A stretch of 64,000 bases of DNA from the human T2T-CHM13v2.0 reference genome, Homo sapiens. Within the stretch, counting starts at the first letter, position 1; each line of letters opens with the position of its first letter. The stretch lies in assembly GCF_009914755.1 (NCBI RefSeq), contig NC_060937.1; one strand, 5' to 3'. The notes under the pieces were generated by a model. The model was not told the origin of the DNA, did not search any database, and was given only the letters and a program-made list of their open reading frames with translations. Of this stretch, positions 27,101 to 47,461 are shown in pieces. A program made the position numbers and the translations under genes.

Positions 27101-28367
27101 ACTAATTATTTGTTTCATCATATATGACTCAGTCGTTAAAACAGTGTATGAAGCCTGTCATATTAGTTATTGAGGGAATGAGACAGAGAAAGAGAGTGAG
27201 AAAGGGAGACATATGTAAATCAATAATTTTACTTTTACAATTGGTAACTTTGAATAAACTGAAAAATTATGGGAGAGTTGTTAAATAGTTTTACTAGGCA
27301 TGAATTAACTACACATTAGAACCCAGACAGACAACGATATATTAATTAAAAAGAAATTGTTAATTTCTTTCAAGTCTTCAACAAAATACATCAGTTCATT
27401 TTATTATTCATGAGTCTAAACCTATAAGCAATCTTAACACTGTATTTTTTCTTCATTGCACAAGGAATGTAAAATAAAACAATGTAAAGATTTTATCAAA
27501 AGCAGTTTTTCACTAGGGAGTTTTATTATTAAAGCTCTGACTCTTCCTCAGTTGCAAAATGTTGATTGCAATCAACTTACACTTTCAAATGTCCATGTCT
27601 TTTTATTTATTTTTTATTATTATCATCAATTGTAGGCTACTTGTTAGTTAGACCAAACACATTTTGGAGTCACAGTATATGAATAAGCAGAAGAGTTATA
27701 TGCAACTTCAAGTTAAAAAATAAAAGTGGAGATTCAGATCCACAACATTAATTTTTTTATTTTTAGACATTTGATGCCATGCCTTGTACATTTTGAAATT
27801 CAACATGGTAATCATTGATTTTTTTTATTATTTTTAAATATGCACATTTTCTAATACTTAGCTATTATAGTAGCACTTTCCTGAAGAAGCAAGAATTTAA
27901 GAAAAGAATTAAAGAGACGAATCCACTTTTAAGTGTGGCAAAGGCATGGATACAGATACATGTCTACACATATTTGAATGTGTGTATATCTCTGCTGTCA
28001 CAACATTTTAGAACAGCTTACAGCAAAAATGTATAAGGCTAAATATTGTCAATATATGTATAAGAATTAAGACACAGATCTGGGAAAATAATACTTCCTG
28101 TAAAAAGTAAATAAGTTTGAAAATAACTATAGTCTATTTATTGAAGACATAGCTTAATTATTAATAAAATTAATTGATTAAAACTCATCTATTAATATTT
28201 TAAGTGTAATAACAAATTATTGCTTCATTTTGCTAACTATTGCCAGATTTCAGAATCTGCCTTAATCTGACATAAAACAGGTGGTGTCATATAACATAAG
28301 AACTAGAAATAAAATCTTGATGAACATGGGTATAGATGCAGAAAAAGTACCATTATTAAAGGATATT

Positions 28368-28630
28368 TTTGGGACGCCGAGGCGGGTGGATCATCTTAGG
28401 TCAGGAGTTCGAGACCAGCCTGGCCAACATGGTAAAACCCTGTCTCTACTGAAATACAAAATTAGCCAGGCATGGTGGCAGGCACCACCAATCCCAGCTA
28501 TTCAGGGAGCTGAGTCAGGAGAATCGCTTGAACACAGAAGGTGGAAGTTGCAGTGAGCTGAGATCGCACCATTGCACTCCAGCCTGGGCAACAGAGTGAG
28601 ACTCCACCTCAACAATAAATAAATAAATAA
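28368..28630 (+). mobile_element. 5'-truncated AluS
   Basis: tttgggacgccgaggcgggtggatcatcttaggtcaggagttcgagacc through an (AAAT)n tail. Confidence 0.95.
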
Positions 28631-28909
28631 TATTTACATATTTATAGAATGCATTAACAGTAACAAAAAACAAAAATGTATGGATAAGCAGAATATATCA
28701 GAAACCTAGAATGAATTGCAATCAACATTATGCTATTGAGGAGGAGTCAGAGTGTTGAATAATAAAATTCCCTAATACAAGACTGCTTTTGATAACATTT
28801 TTAACTTCTTTTTCAAGGAAATCCCCTTCTTGTGTCTTTCCACTAAATAAGAAGTTATTCACCATCCTTTGCAGATGAGCATCACAGGCTTTTTGAAAGA
28901 TAAAATTTT

Positions 28910-29062
28910 CTATTAACCTCTGTGTGCTTTGGTTTTCTCATAAGTAAAAATAGATGGTAATATGTAACTCCAAAGTTTGTTGTGAAAAAAAGAATTGAGG
29001 TGATGTATGCAAAAGTAACTAGGAAGTTTTTCCCACACAGGGAGTGCTCAGTCACTGTTAGA
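28910..29062 (+). mobile_element. MIR
   Basis: ttaacctctgtgtgctttggttttctcataagtaaaaatag..gtgctcagtcactgttag (MIR core and 3' end). Confidence 0.65.
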
Positions 29063-29224
29063 TACCCTCGTTCTTCTCTATATATATACATAGTTTAGGT
29101 TCACATAAGGACAAAGCATCAAAATAGAGTGTCTTACAATTGGCACTAACAATTTTTTTTTAACTCAAAGATTTGCATTTTATATATAAGAAACAACAGG
29201 ACTACTGATAAATAACAAAAGCTC

Positions 29225-29425
29225 TTAATGCAGACAACCTACACTTACGTCTGGGCTTGATCACAAACTAGCATTTTGGTGCTAAAATATGTTATTTGGT
29301 CTTCCCGAGCCCATTTCCATATTTAAAATTGGGGATGAGAAATTCACTGATATATTATTAAGATTTAAATGAGGTAATTCCTGAGAAGGAGCCTGAATCA
29401 TTCCAAAATATAGGTGTTATTAGCT
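29225..29425 (+). mobile_element. MIR
   Basis: gttatttggtcttcccgagcccatttccatatttaaaattggggatgagaa (degenerate MIR core). Confidence 0.5.
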
Positions 29426-29575
29426 AATATGAGTAGTAATTATTATTACATAATATATAGTAGTAATATTGTAGCATATGAAAATACTATCTGCAAAAGA
29501 AGGAAAATAAAGATTATCTTCATGATAATTATTTGAAAGCTACCAGGCATAGGTGGAACAACAATCAAACGATAG

Positions 29576-29842
<267 letters not shown>

Positions 29843-30830
29843 TAATTTTAATGCTCAGGCTAAAATCCATTCTATCTGAAAAGCTGCAACCTGAAAAGAG
29901 GAGCAGATACTCATTTCTTTGGAATCACAGGACACTGAGATTTACTACTTCCAATAGCATCCCCTTTTTCATGGAGAACGGATTGTCTCCTGGATTGTGT
30001 ACTGTTACGTAATGACAAAGCATCTTCGGGACCTCTCCTCTAATGCATTGCTAGCACAAAGGTGACTGTGCTGCTCCTCTGTCAGGATTGGCAGACACAA
30101 AGGCAACAATAAGTGAAAATCACAGAGTTTAAGAAAGTTTTTTAAACCAAAGTATTTGTACTTCCATATTTCCTATTGAAACATACAATCTAAGTCCAAT
30201 AAACCACCTTTTCAGACATGAGTATATGCAACCTTAGCAAAATGAATTCCTTTAGAGAGAAAAAATACTTTTGAAGATGAAATGTATCATATTTTATCAT
30301 CTAAAAACAACAATATGTATAAAAATTCAGGCTGAGAAGTGGAGATTTGCTCAGGTATTATCTACTTTTTATTGAAACTTTTAACTTAGAATATCCCATC
30401 CAGAAAAACAAAACACAACTAGAAAAAAGCAGAAAACAAAACAACAGCCCTAGTTGAGCTTTGTTCATGTATGCATCAGTTCCCTTAGAATGTAATTTAC
30501 CTAACTTAACACCTTGGTGTTTTACCCTTTTGGATTTAGTGAACTGGCTCAACACCAAGCACTGATACAGGCACACCCTTCAAAATAACGTACTGCTCAG
30601 GAACATCAGAAGAGAAGCCAGAAGTCATAAAAGAGAAGTAAAAGGATGAAGCCAGTCAAGAGAATACCGTGATAGAAAGATGAGAACAGGAATTGTGAGA
30701 AATAGACTGAATTATACAGAATAAGGCATAATTTCTGAAAAAAAATAGAGCCACTAAATTTTACATACATCATTAGTATGTCGTTATTCATCACCATACA
30801 GTTATTTACAAAGATGATGAGTGGTGACTC

Positions 30831-31027
30831 TTTTTTTTGAGGCATAGTCTCACTCTCTTGCTCTGTCACCTAGGCTGGGGTGCAATTGCATTGTCATGGC
30901 TCACTGTGGCTTTGACCTCCCAGGCTCAAGCAGTCCTCCCACCTCAGCCTCTCTAGTAGCTAGGACTACAGGCACAAGCCACCATACCTGGCTAGCTTCT
31001 TCTTCTTCTCCTTCTTCTTCTTCTTCC

Positions 31028-31061
<34 letters not shown>

Positions 31062-31183
31062 TAGAGACAGTGTCTTGCTATGTTGCCTGTTACCCAGGCT
31101 GGTCTCAAACCCCTGGGCTCAAGTGATCCTCCTTCTTCAGCCTCCCAAAATGTTGGGACTACAGGCATGAGCCGCCATGCTCA
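30831..31183 (-). mobile_element. AluJ with (TTC)n(TTA)n expanded in the linker
   Basis: J-type diagnostics (ccaggctcaagcagtcctccc, ctgggctcaagtgatcc). Compound trinucleotide repeat at ~30997-31060. Confidence 0.92.
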
Positions 31184-31796
31184 GTAACTCTAGTCTCGAA
31201 AACATAGCCATAGATAAAATATGCAAAGCACAGCCTTACCCTTAAATTGTATGACTCAGGAGCCTTTTAAAAAATAGTATCATTTTAGGACAAGTAAGGC
31301 AGTACATTTGAAATCCATTCATGTCCTGATCTTTTTATTTCTTTCCTTCCTCTCTTGTAGCCAGCCGTTGGGTATTCAGTCTTTCCCTCTGCCACACATG
31401 AAAACTAAACTAAAATTGCTCTGGGTTCTGAACTAGTCATTTGCTGTTGGGAATTCAGTGCTGTAAAAGTTTACCATTTTGTTCCTTGTAAGAGGGGAAT
31501 GAGGGCTTGAAGCCAGAGGTTGGGGTGTTAAAGGGTTTCTTCCTTCTTAAGCTCATGGAAAAAAAGTAAAAATAGAAATAGGAATTAGGCATAAAGAAAA
31601 ATACAAATAGTAAAAAATAGTTTTGCTGGCCACCATAGACTTATAAAAAGGTGCAAGAACAGGGAGACATTTGGAGAAATAATCAAACGTTCATTAAAGA
31701 TTGAAGAAATTTTATACATTCCTTAGAGACCTCTCTCCACTGGGGAGCTCTGCTAAACTCCTTGGCAGAAGTGAGGTGATCTTCTGACTGATTACG

Positions 31797-35009
<3,213 letters not shown>

Positions 35010-36863
35010 GTACCCTCTATATCCACAGAGTACTTAAGTTTGAATATTTGAAATATTCAAAAAATACTAGATTTTTTTTTGCTGTGGGAATCATATATAT
35101 TCCAATATAAGAAACTTCAATACATTTCAAAGTAAAACTTTTATTAACAAATAGAAATATTATTGTTTTCAATATACTTTCTTAAAACCATATAAGCTCA
35201 ATTTAGAAAAATTATATTTTGCCAAGAATGTGGCAGTTGCTTTCCATCTACATACACATTGGTCTTTCTTCCAAATAGAAATTTTATCTTTAATGAAATT
35301 ATTGCTTTTGCTCAACTTGTACTGTCTGCAATTTTTCAAGAAAACAAATTTAGGGTTCTTTGTTTTTTATTATCTATTATCTTTTTTAATATCTTCAATG
35401 TAAGGTTCTTTATGCTTTTGTATTTCCCTTTGAATAATTAAATCTGTTGTCTATTTCACTGAATCAATGTTATACAACACATTTAGTTTCATTAGAAATC
35501 TGCCATACCTCATCCATTTCCACTTAATTTTAATTTTATTTTAAATTGCACTTTCATATTTTCCTATTTCGTTATCTAAACTTTGTTCTTATGGCTATAT
35601 GCTCCTGTTTCATAGGGACAAATTGTTTCTCAAACTCTAGTTGATGCTAAAAATTTGTGGAATTCTCTTACGTATCGGTCAATAAATCTTTTTAGATTTC
35701 TGCTTTACTTTTGTTTATCTTCATGTTTCTGTCCTTCCTTTATTTGCCTTTCCTTTGAAATGTGTTGGATTCAACCAGCATTATGTCTTATGTTTGATTT
35801 TTTTTAACCAACATTTACCACGTTTAATATCATTCAGACTTCTAGGTTTGTCTAATGACTTGCTGAAATGAATTACCCTGCCCTGCTGCTCCATATGGTT
35901 TGTATTTTAGGGTCCCAGTTGAGGCAGAGATCAGATTGATGTCTAATACTTCATTTAAACTCCCACCTTCCAGAGAACGTTACCCAGTGTGCTGTCCTTG
36001 GGGGAAAAAAAAAAGTTAATGGCTTATTAGACTCCCACTGTATTATTATCCAGCAGTTTGAACTGAAGACAAACATGAACAAAAAATCTACAGCACGTTC
36101 TGCTGAAAGATTTTCCCTTTCTTTGCTCATTACTGCCTCTATTTTTCATAGCGATTACATCTTCCTGTATAGAAGTCACAGCTAACATGGCTATCTCCCT
36201 ATTTCCTTTACTCTTTTTCTCTTTTGAATGTTGGGTGATATTTTGAGAGGAACTAGGTTCAATTTTCTAATATAAAACCTGTCTTTGAGTACACAGATTC
36301 AGTTGGAAAGATATGAGATGTTTTTCTGACTTTTCTCTGATCCACGTTTTTGAGTTTTGACATCATAATAGCATTAGACAAAATATGGTAATTATTTTAT
36401 TTTGTGTTGGTGTGTCTTTTATTAATCCTGTTTAGTATACATTGAGGTTACTAGGGCTTTTTCCCAGTTTCTTATTTTAGTTTATGGTCTATTTTTTTTT
36501 TTTTCGTGTGTATTTCTCCTGCCATCTTCAGTATTTTTAGGAGACAGTAGAATGTGATTAAAGTTTCTATACTGATGTCATTCTGAATGAGTTGTTCTCA
36601 ATTTATAATCCAAAACATTTTCACATAGGTAACAATCACTTTATTTACTTATATTTATACATTTTTAGGTTTAACTCTTTAGAGGTAAAATGCTTTATGC
36701 TGGGGGTTGAGGAGACCTGCTTTAATCTTTCAAGTATGAATGAAAGAAGTAAGGACATTTTAGAATTGTTATATTTCCACTATCACCAACTGGAGGTCTG
36801 AAAACATTCAAGAAAAGTGATGCAAGTACAGTCAGATGTACCTTAGAGGAAAAGCACAACCCC

Positions 36864-37542
<679 letters not shown>

Positions 37543-37894
37543 TAGTCCATTTTTGACTAGCTTGATTTCCATCAATAGAAAGCCAAAATACCAGCAACCT
37601 CACTTTACTTAACATATTCTCAACACCCAAAGTAAACTTGGCATCAGTAAGGAATCCCAATACTGTGTGTTCTCTGGTAAACAACAACCAAAGGAGAATA
37701 GCAAGATTAGGATTAGCACCCTTTGCCAAATAACCTCATATTCTTCAATTATCCAACAGATGAGTCTGTCTGCTTGAGAATGTTGATAGCATTCACCAGA
37801 AAGAACATAGAAAGCTAATCTGTAACATTATGTCCCCAGAAAAGCTCCTGTATCAATTGCAGTGGATCATTTGAGTGAAGCTGAACAATGTCTA

Positions 37895-38040
37895 GGATGG
37901 TAGCCACTAACAAATAGATATTCAAATTCAGGCTTAATTTTTTAAAAAATTAAATAAGGTGAAAATTCAGTTGCTTGTTCACATTAGCCACATATCAAGT
38001 GGCATATGGCTAGGAGGCAACTATGTATTAGACAACAAAA
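37895..38040. mobile_element. MER3-like hAT-Charlie element
   Basis: atggtagccactaac..aaaattcagttgcttgttcacattagccacatatcaagtg..catatggctag. Confidence 0.65.
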
Positions 38041-38064
38041 ATGTCGGAGGCAATTATATTAAAT

Positions 38065-38312
38065 GGCTTCTGATCTAGAGCTTTCTGTGGAGTCAGGATA
38101 TGGAATCAGACATACCTTGGCTCAACTTTTGAATCTTCTACTTATAAGACGTATCATATGTACTCATTGTTTAACTGCCCCCAGCCTCAGTTTTTCTGTC
38201 GGCAAAATGTGTATAACATATTTACCAAGTGAAATTTTTGTAACAGTAAATTTTTAAAAATGCTTGGAAATGATTCTGTTATTTAATAAGTCTTCAATAA
38301 AATTAGCTAACA
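38065..38312 (+). mobile_element. MIR
   Basis: tttaactgccccagcctcagtttttctgtcggcaaaatg..cttcaataaaattagct. Confidence 0.6.
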
Positions 38313-40324
38313 CTATTTTAAAAAATAATAATAGTTTAGTTAAATGCAAAGTCACAATTTCAAGAGAGGTATTTTAAGAAAACACCTTGTCAATACACCT
38401 GCATCTCTATCTATCCTGCCAGTGCTGATATATTTGTTGCATTTAACATATACTTTGAACATGGTATTTTTAGATAGATGATGTTTTTATAATTTTAATT
38501 TTGTCTTTTTAACTTCAGCCAGTTCTTGTATAAATGGATAAGATTCATAAATCATAAATTTCCTAATAAATATTTAATAAGAAAAATATCGAATTTCCTA
38601 CTTCACATCCTTGGATATACCTAGAATGAAAAAGAGATATATTATGCAAGTTATAAATGGAAACAAAATGGAAAGTTTAGGAACAATGTAAAAGCTTTTC
38701 TTTATGAAATTCATCAGTATTTTGTCACTTTTTTATAACAATACTTTGAAATTATTGAATATACACACTAATTCTTATTTAAATAATAGAAAAGCAATAT
38801 TTTTATGTTCAAAAATTCTATGGAGTAAAAAGAATAATAGAGTGAATTGTGTAGTATGACAAACCCAATATAAACAGACTTATGAAAATCGACATATATT
38901 AGTTTTCTTAATTAGAGTAAATAGGGAAACAGAAGGTTATCTACATATATGCCAGACACAGCAACTATGTACTAAGAATACAAACATAAACTTTTCCTGA
39001 GCCATGTACTTTGAAAGGTTAAACATAGAGAAAGGAGACAAACAAGTGAACTCAACTTCCAGAATGAAAAGTGGTAATTTAGCCGGTGGTGAAGGAAGTA
39101 CTGTGGAAGAAAAAAAAAAGAACAAAAGAGGAAAAATATAAATTAAACTGAAATGTGCTGGAAAGACCCAACCACATTTTTCAGCCAGTGGTATGCTTAC
39201 ATTAATTACTAAGGAACGATAAGCATTTCAACAGGAATCAAAGATGGGGCATGAACCGATCAAAAGACTTTTTCAGGAAGAAGGACTGCAAACAGTGCAA
39301 TACAGAGATTTAAAGTACTGTGTCAAAGTATGACAAGAATGTCTAAACAGGTAAAATGAGATCAGATCTTAAAGGAACTTATGTGTGAAGCTGAGGGCAA
39401 GAGTTATGATGAAAGTTATTTCAAGTCTTTGAAGATTTTTGACTATAGACATAACTTAATCATACCAGACTTCAAAAAAAAAAAATTACACTGGCAGAAG
39501 TGTGGTAGATTGGAGAGTGGAAACAACACAGGCAGAAATTCTGTTAGGTCATATAGTATTAATCCAGAAAATGAAGACCAGGACAAAAATGGTGGCTGTG
39601 AGAAATGGAAGGAGAAAATGCACTAGTAATTTGTAAAATATTGTGATTAATTGAATATGGGAAATTAAAGAGATATTCATAATAGCATGTTTTTTTAAAT
39701 TCTAAATGATATATGTGGAATCAAATCATAAAATTCTATATTAAATGTCATTATTTGACTCTTCAGTCATTATTTTTAGGAGAAACCTATTCATGAACAT
39801 ACTATCAAAATCATATTTAGAATGCTATGATATTCATAACATTATGTAAAAAAATAGTCCAAAGACTTATGAAGTGCATGAATTGCACCATGGTTACTCT
39901 GGGTGACAGATCATGGAAAGTAAACATATCTGGAAGTTCAAGGAACAGACCAAATTCTGGTAACAGATTCTTTAATTATTTTTATAAAGACAAAGGGACA
40001 TATTTTGAGAGTTAAATAATCATTTAAACAAAATTATCAATGATTGAGAGAATCTTTTAGAATATACATTATTCAAGTAATAAAGCATAATTTTGTCCCA
40101 AATTTTATTTTTATAATGTATTTTAATATCATCCATAATATAGGTTTTCAAAATATTTTTCAACTTAAAATAATAATATTAGTTACTTGGTTGTGAAATA
40201 TTGCTGATTGTATATTACTTAACAAATTATTAGTTGGTATTGGCAGATTATTAACCATGGCCTAATTTCTATCATGTCTAAAATAAATCCCATGTTTGGT
40301 GAAGATAGAAAATGAATGAGATTT

Positions 40325-40376
40325 TGTGTGTGTGTTTGTGTGTGTGTGCGTGTGTATGTGTATGTTTATGTATGTG
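40325..40376. repeat. Imperfect (TG)n microsatellite
   Basis: Read directly from the sequence. Confidence 0.85.
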
Positions 40377-40666
40377 ATGAGATTATTTCCTTAAGTCCCC
40401 AGTCTAATAGTTGTTCAGAATGTATAGGAATTGCACTTCTAAAATACTCACCACAACCACATCATGCCTAGCACAATACTGTTGGAATTTAAGGAGACTC
40501 AAGTAACGAGACCTCCCCCACCATCACCCCAACACCCAACACCCCACACACAATATCTGGTACGTTTGGAATATTTCTTCTCTATTCTTCACTTTTGCAT
40601 GGAAAGGTACTTCCATTAGAATATTGTCCTGGTCATTGTCCTACCTCCTCACTGACCTCCGTTAGG

Positions 40667-41402
<736 letters not shown>

Positions 41403-44309
41403 AATGGGAAAGAAACAAACTATCTGACAGATAAATTCAGTAAGATTAACAGAGAATTAGTGTTCAAGCTCTCCTTATTCCCTTTGTGATCTGTCTACTA
41501 AAAACAATTCTGTAATTCTACACTTCAGTTTTTGTAGATTATGTTCAACAAATGGGATTAGCTAGTGACTGGGGATATAATTGTAATTTGTGTATATCCA
41601 CAGACCTAAGCCACAATTTAAAAGTATTGTTATTATCATGAAGTGCTGTTTTCATTTCTAACTGTTCCTTTTATTTATCACTCAGTTTCAAATCTAGACA
41701 GAGGACAAGGAAGATGGGCATTATTTATAAAACCCTCAAAATTCCAACACATAGCATTTAATTGTAGAGCAGAAAATCTGTTGTGTTTTGATTTTCCTGT
41801 AATCTCTTCTATTCTAAGAATGCACAACTAGTAAGTATATTGGAAAATGTAAGAGATGTAAACACCTGAGTTCTAATGTAGGATCTGTCATCATGTAACA
41901 TTGACATTTGACATATATAATTTATGGTTTTTGATTAGTATGTTTCATAAGAACTTTATTTGGAAAATGATAGGGTCAGACCAGATAGCCATAGGGTTTC
42001 TTTTTAATTCTGAAGTCCTTTATAAATATCAATGAAATTCTTTCTTGTAACTATTAAGTAAATGAATACAAATAATAAAAATAAAAATAACAGATCACAT
42101 TTTAATAGACAATAACGACAGAGTTTTTGTTATCTAAAATTTATGGACCAAATTAATGAAAAAGTCTACTGTGTACCTTTTATCCACGCAATGTAAATTC
42201 ACTTTTCAGAGCTGTGGTGATATCCATCCAAGATGCGATCATTAGTAAATAAGATTAAATTTCTAACAACTAAAAGGAATTTATTCCATAGTCAAGTAAA
42301 TGATCCTTAAAATCGCTTTACACCAATGGCTTCTAATTGAAATTTAGGACAGTAACCTTAATTTCACCAGCTATTCTTATTGGAATAGAAAACCTCGTGA
42401 AAAACACAAAGCTGCATACATAACACATATTATGGTCAAGCAAGAACTTAAAATAACTAACTTCCTGTATTGAAGGCAAAGTTTTTTTTCTTATTTTACT
42501 ACATATTACTACTCTGAGTAAGAAGAGATTTTTTAAAGCAGTAAGATTTTGTGTGCACAAAGATTTATAAAATAATATTTAGAGGTTTATTAAGAATATA
42601 GTTCAAAGTAGCATATTGTATTATTTATTATCATATTATTTGTATTCTGAGTCTATAAACCATGAATCAGATGCTACAATAATCTTAATCAAAAAATTAT
42701 ATTTATATATTTTCTAGTTACTTGTATCTATTCCAAATATATGAAAGTGTTACTATGCTTAAATATTTAAGAAATTTATTTAATGTTTTCTGTTCTCCCT
42801 TGACTTAGACATATTTCCTAAGCAAGAGTCAGGATATACTAGAAAGCAATATAATAAAAATAAGTTCAGAAAATTAAAAAGCTTATAGTGTACAATTGAT
42901 AAATCATAGTCAATAACTTTTCCCAAATGCTTTGAGATAAAAATAGGCCCTGAACATGTCTGAGTGTCTTACTGAGTTTCCTTAATAAACTCATATTCAT
43001 TTACCTGCATGCACTATCTCCTGCCTTTTTTATTTTTATCACATCTACAAATATGCTTTCTCATTTGCTCTTCCTTTCAGAAAATGAACAATCTTATTAT
43101 TCATTGAGAAAATAAATTATGGCAGTTTGAAAACTGTGTATCTAGCCATCATTAAATATCTATACATTCCTATATTATTTTATCCTAATTCCCTCCTGAT
43201 AAAACGGGAAAATGTTGTCTCCTGCCAAAGGCTTGTACTTCCAGTGCTAGAGATTAGACTTTTTTCTATCTTCTCACATATGTGACACCTTCAGCAAACA
43301 CTTTCTCTCATTCATTTTAAACTCTCTCTACTGAATTATTTCTACAATCACATATGCTATCATTTTTAAAATAAGTCAACTCACCTTAAAAACTCACCTT
43401 CCTTCATTCAAGCTATGATCCTATTCCTGGGGTGTCTTCATATGATCATTTAGAGAGCTGTCTACATATGATGCATGCATTCTCACTTGTCTTTCACTCC
43501 CCATGTTACCCCCAAATCATCTCCTCTCATGATTGTCAAAAGACCTTCAAACAATAATGTCTCTTTCCAACAAAAATATTGATTTCCATGTTGCCAAAGT
43601 CAATGGCTATAGTTCAGTCTTCATATTGTTAACCTTTATTTCTTATTTTTCACAATGAATTCCTCATTCTTTTTTGGCCTCTGAAACTCCGTAATCATCA
43701 TGCCCCATCAACAACTCTCATTGCTTTTCATCAGTGTTTTTTGCTACTTTTCTTCTCTGAAGGAATGATATCACAGAAGTCCAGTTAAAACAGCATTAAA
43801 TGAAATTCAGCATCTCATAACATTATATAAAAAGTCCAAGTGTCAATCAAAATCACTAGTCATACTCAAACCAAATGAAAAACAACCAATAGATGTAAAA
43901 TCCAAGATGGCAGAGATTCTAGAATTAAAGCTATCGTGATAAAAATGTTTTCAGTGAACAATTATGAACCTAAATTGAAACAACAAAAATTTGAAAGTAT
44001 CAGCAAAGAAATATGCAGTATAAAGAAGAAGCAAACAGGAAGTTTTGAACTGAAAAATATAATTATCAAAATAATAATCATAAAAATAAATAAGATGAAC
44101 AGGAAATCATAAGGGATATTGGAAAGAACAAGTGAATGGGAAGATAATAAAAGAGAAATGACTCAATATGGACAACATGGAGAAAATAGAATAGAAATAA
44201 TGAACAGAGCCTTGAGAACCTGTGACAATAGGTCTAACTTTTCTGTCATTGTAATACCAGAAGGGGAAAAGAAAGTGTAAGCTTGAAAAAGTACTTTAAA
44301 ATTTATGGT

Positions 44310-44601
<292 letters not shown>

Positions 44602-46631
44602 CTACAATTATAGGAAACTGGAAGAATACCAATTTAAAAACACACGCACACACAAGAAATTACATCATCAAGATTCATATTAGTCTAGTTTTTGAAGTCT
44701 GAAGATAAAAATATCTGAAAGGTAGCCAGAATTTGACAACTTACCTATAAGGGAAAAACATTTTGAAAGACAACAGATTTATCATCAAAAACCAAGGATA
44801 CCGGAAGGAGTTGGAAAAACATTTTTCAAGGAGGATGACAAGACTGTTAACTCAGAATCTTATACTCAGAAAAAATAAAAGTACTCCAGAAATAAAGGAG
44901 AAATCAACATATCCGCAGATGAAGTATTTAACACCAGTTACCAGTTTGACCTATCCTGAAAGAATGGCTTCAGGAAGTTCTCCAAACAGGAAGAGTATTA
45001 TTATTATTTTTTTTTTAAAAAGGTCTATTGGAATCTCAAGATGGAAGACAGAACATGGTAAGAAAAAAAAATGAATAAATACAATAGGCTTTTCTTACAA
45101 TAGGTTGCTGATTTGAAACAACAATGTTAACACTGTCTGATGCAGTTAAGCTAATTATATTCTAAAAGGAGGATAGTGAAGAAACCTAACATAAAGTCTG
45201 TATAGCTTGCTCACACCAGTAAAATAACCCCACCAGTAAACTGTGATATACAATATCTACAGTGACCACACACACACACACACACAAAATTATTATAGCT
45301 AAATAAAAACAAAATGCCAATTATTTCAAGTAACTCACTGGAAGGCAGAAAAATGAAAGCAGAGAGCAAAAATGTGAGAAGAACCAACAGAAACTAGAAA
45401 ATAAAATTAAAGACGTAAGCCCTAAGAGATTATTAAATGCATTAAATGTAAATGGCTAAATGCAAAAATTAAAAGACAAATTGGCAGAGGCTATTAAGAG
45501 TTATGATCCGACTATATGCTGTATATAAGAAACTCATTTCAAATATGATATAGTAAGTTTAAAAATAAAATCATGGAAAAAGATACATCACCAAAATATT
45601 AATTAAAAGAAAACAGGAATGGCTATATCATATCAGATGAAGTAGACCACAGTGCAAATAAAAATACTAGACACAGATTGGGAAATTTGGTAATAATAAA
45701 AGGGTCAATATACCAAGAAAACATAGAAATATGCATCAAAAATCTATAACTAAAAATTAAAAATATAAAATCATATTTTATAATATTAAAAGTATTTTAA
45801 AAATAGACATAAGTCTTATACCAAATGCAAAAATGAACACAAATTAGATCATGGACTTAAATACAAAATGTAAAACTACACGTTTTAAAAACTAATATGG
45901 GACAAAATCTACAGAGTTCCAGGGGTAGGCAAGGAGTTCAGAGATGACATCAAAAATATTATTGGAGAAGAAAAAATTCATAAAGTGGACTTAATCAAAA
46001 TCTAATATTTTGTTATGTAAAAAATTATACTAAGAGGATGGAAAGACAAGCTACAGAGTGGGAGAATATATTTGCCAACCACTCATCCATTAACAGACTT
46101 GTATCTAAAACATGTAAGGAATCCTCAAAACTCAATAGTAAAAAATAATTCAATTTTAAAATGGGGAACAGACAGAAATTTTTCTGAAGAGGATAAACAG
46201 ATGGCAAATAAGCTTATGGAAAGATGATCTATATAATTAGCCATTAGGAGAGTTCAAATTAGGACCACAATGAGATAATAAACCTATTTGTATGTCAAAA
46301 AAAATGACACTACCAATTGCTGTGGAAGATATGGAGAAACTGGATCACTCCTCTATTGCTGTTGTAAAGGCAAAAGCGTACAACTCACCCAAAAACAATT
46401 TGATAGGTTTGTTTATTGTTTGTTTTTTAAATTAAACATATACTTACCAGAGGGCCTAAAAATTGCATTACTGGACATCTATCAAAGAAGAGTGAAGACT
46501 TAGGTTCACTCAAAAACCTTCATACAAATGTTTGTAGCTGTTTGCTTATAACGGCAAAACTTGTTAAAGAGTCTGGTGTACTTAAACAGGTTAACGGTTA
46601 AATAAAGTGCTATATTTATAGCAATGAGTGA

Positions 46632-46917
46632 TTTTTTTTTTTTTTTTTTTTGAGGCAGATTCTCACTCTGTTGCCTAGGCTAGAGGGCAATGGTGTGATC
46701 TCGGCTCACTGCAAACTCTGCCTCCCGATTCAAGCAATTTTCCTTCCTCAGACTACCAAGTAGTTGGGATTACAGGAGTGCGCCACCACGCCCAGCTAAT
46801 TTTTGTATTTTTCGTAGAGACAGGGTTTCACCATGTTGGTCAGGCTGGTCTTGAACTCCTGACCCGTGATCCACCCGCCTCAGCCTCCCAAAGTGGTGTG
46901 AGCCACCACAGCCAGCC
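46632..46917 (-). mobile_element. AluS with a small internal deletion
   Basis: Antisense Alu. aaagtg joins directly to gtgtgagccacc, lacking about 12 nt (ctgggattaca). Confidence 0.95.
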
Positions 46918-46941
46918 ACAATGTGTAGCATTTCACAGTAA

Positions 46942-47278
<337 letters not shown>

Positions 47279-47362
47279 TGCAATGCACTATTTATACATG
47301 CAACAACCTGGAAACATCTCCAAGGAACTATGCTAAGCAATTATTTTTAAAGTCCCTGACAA

Positions 47363-47461
47363 ATGGATGGATGGATGGATGGATGGATGGATGGATGGAT
47401 GGATGGATAGATAGATAGATAGACAGACACATAGATAGATGAGATAGATAGACAGATAGAT
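47363..47461. repeat. Compound (GGAT)n(AGAT)n tetranucleotide STR
   Basis: Read directly from the sequence. Confidence 0.95.
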
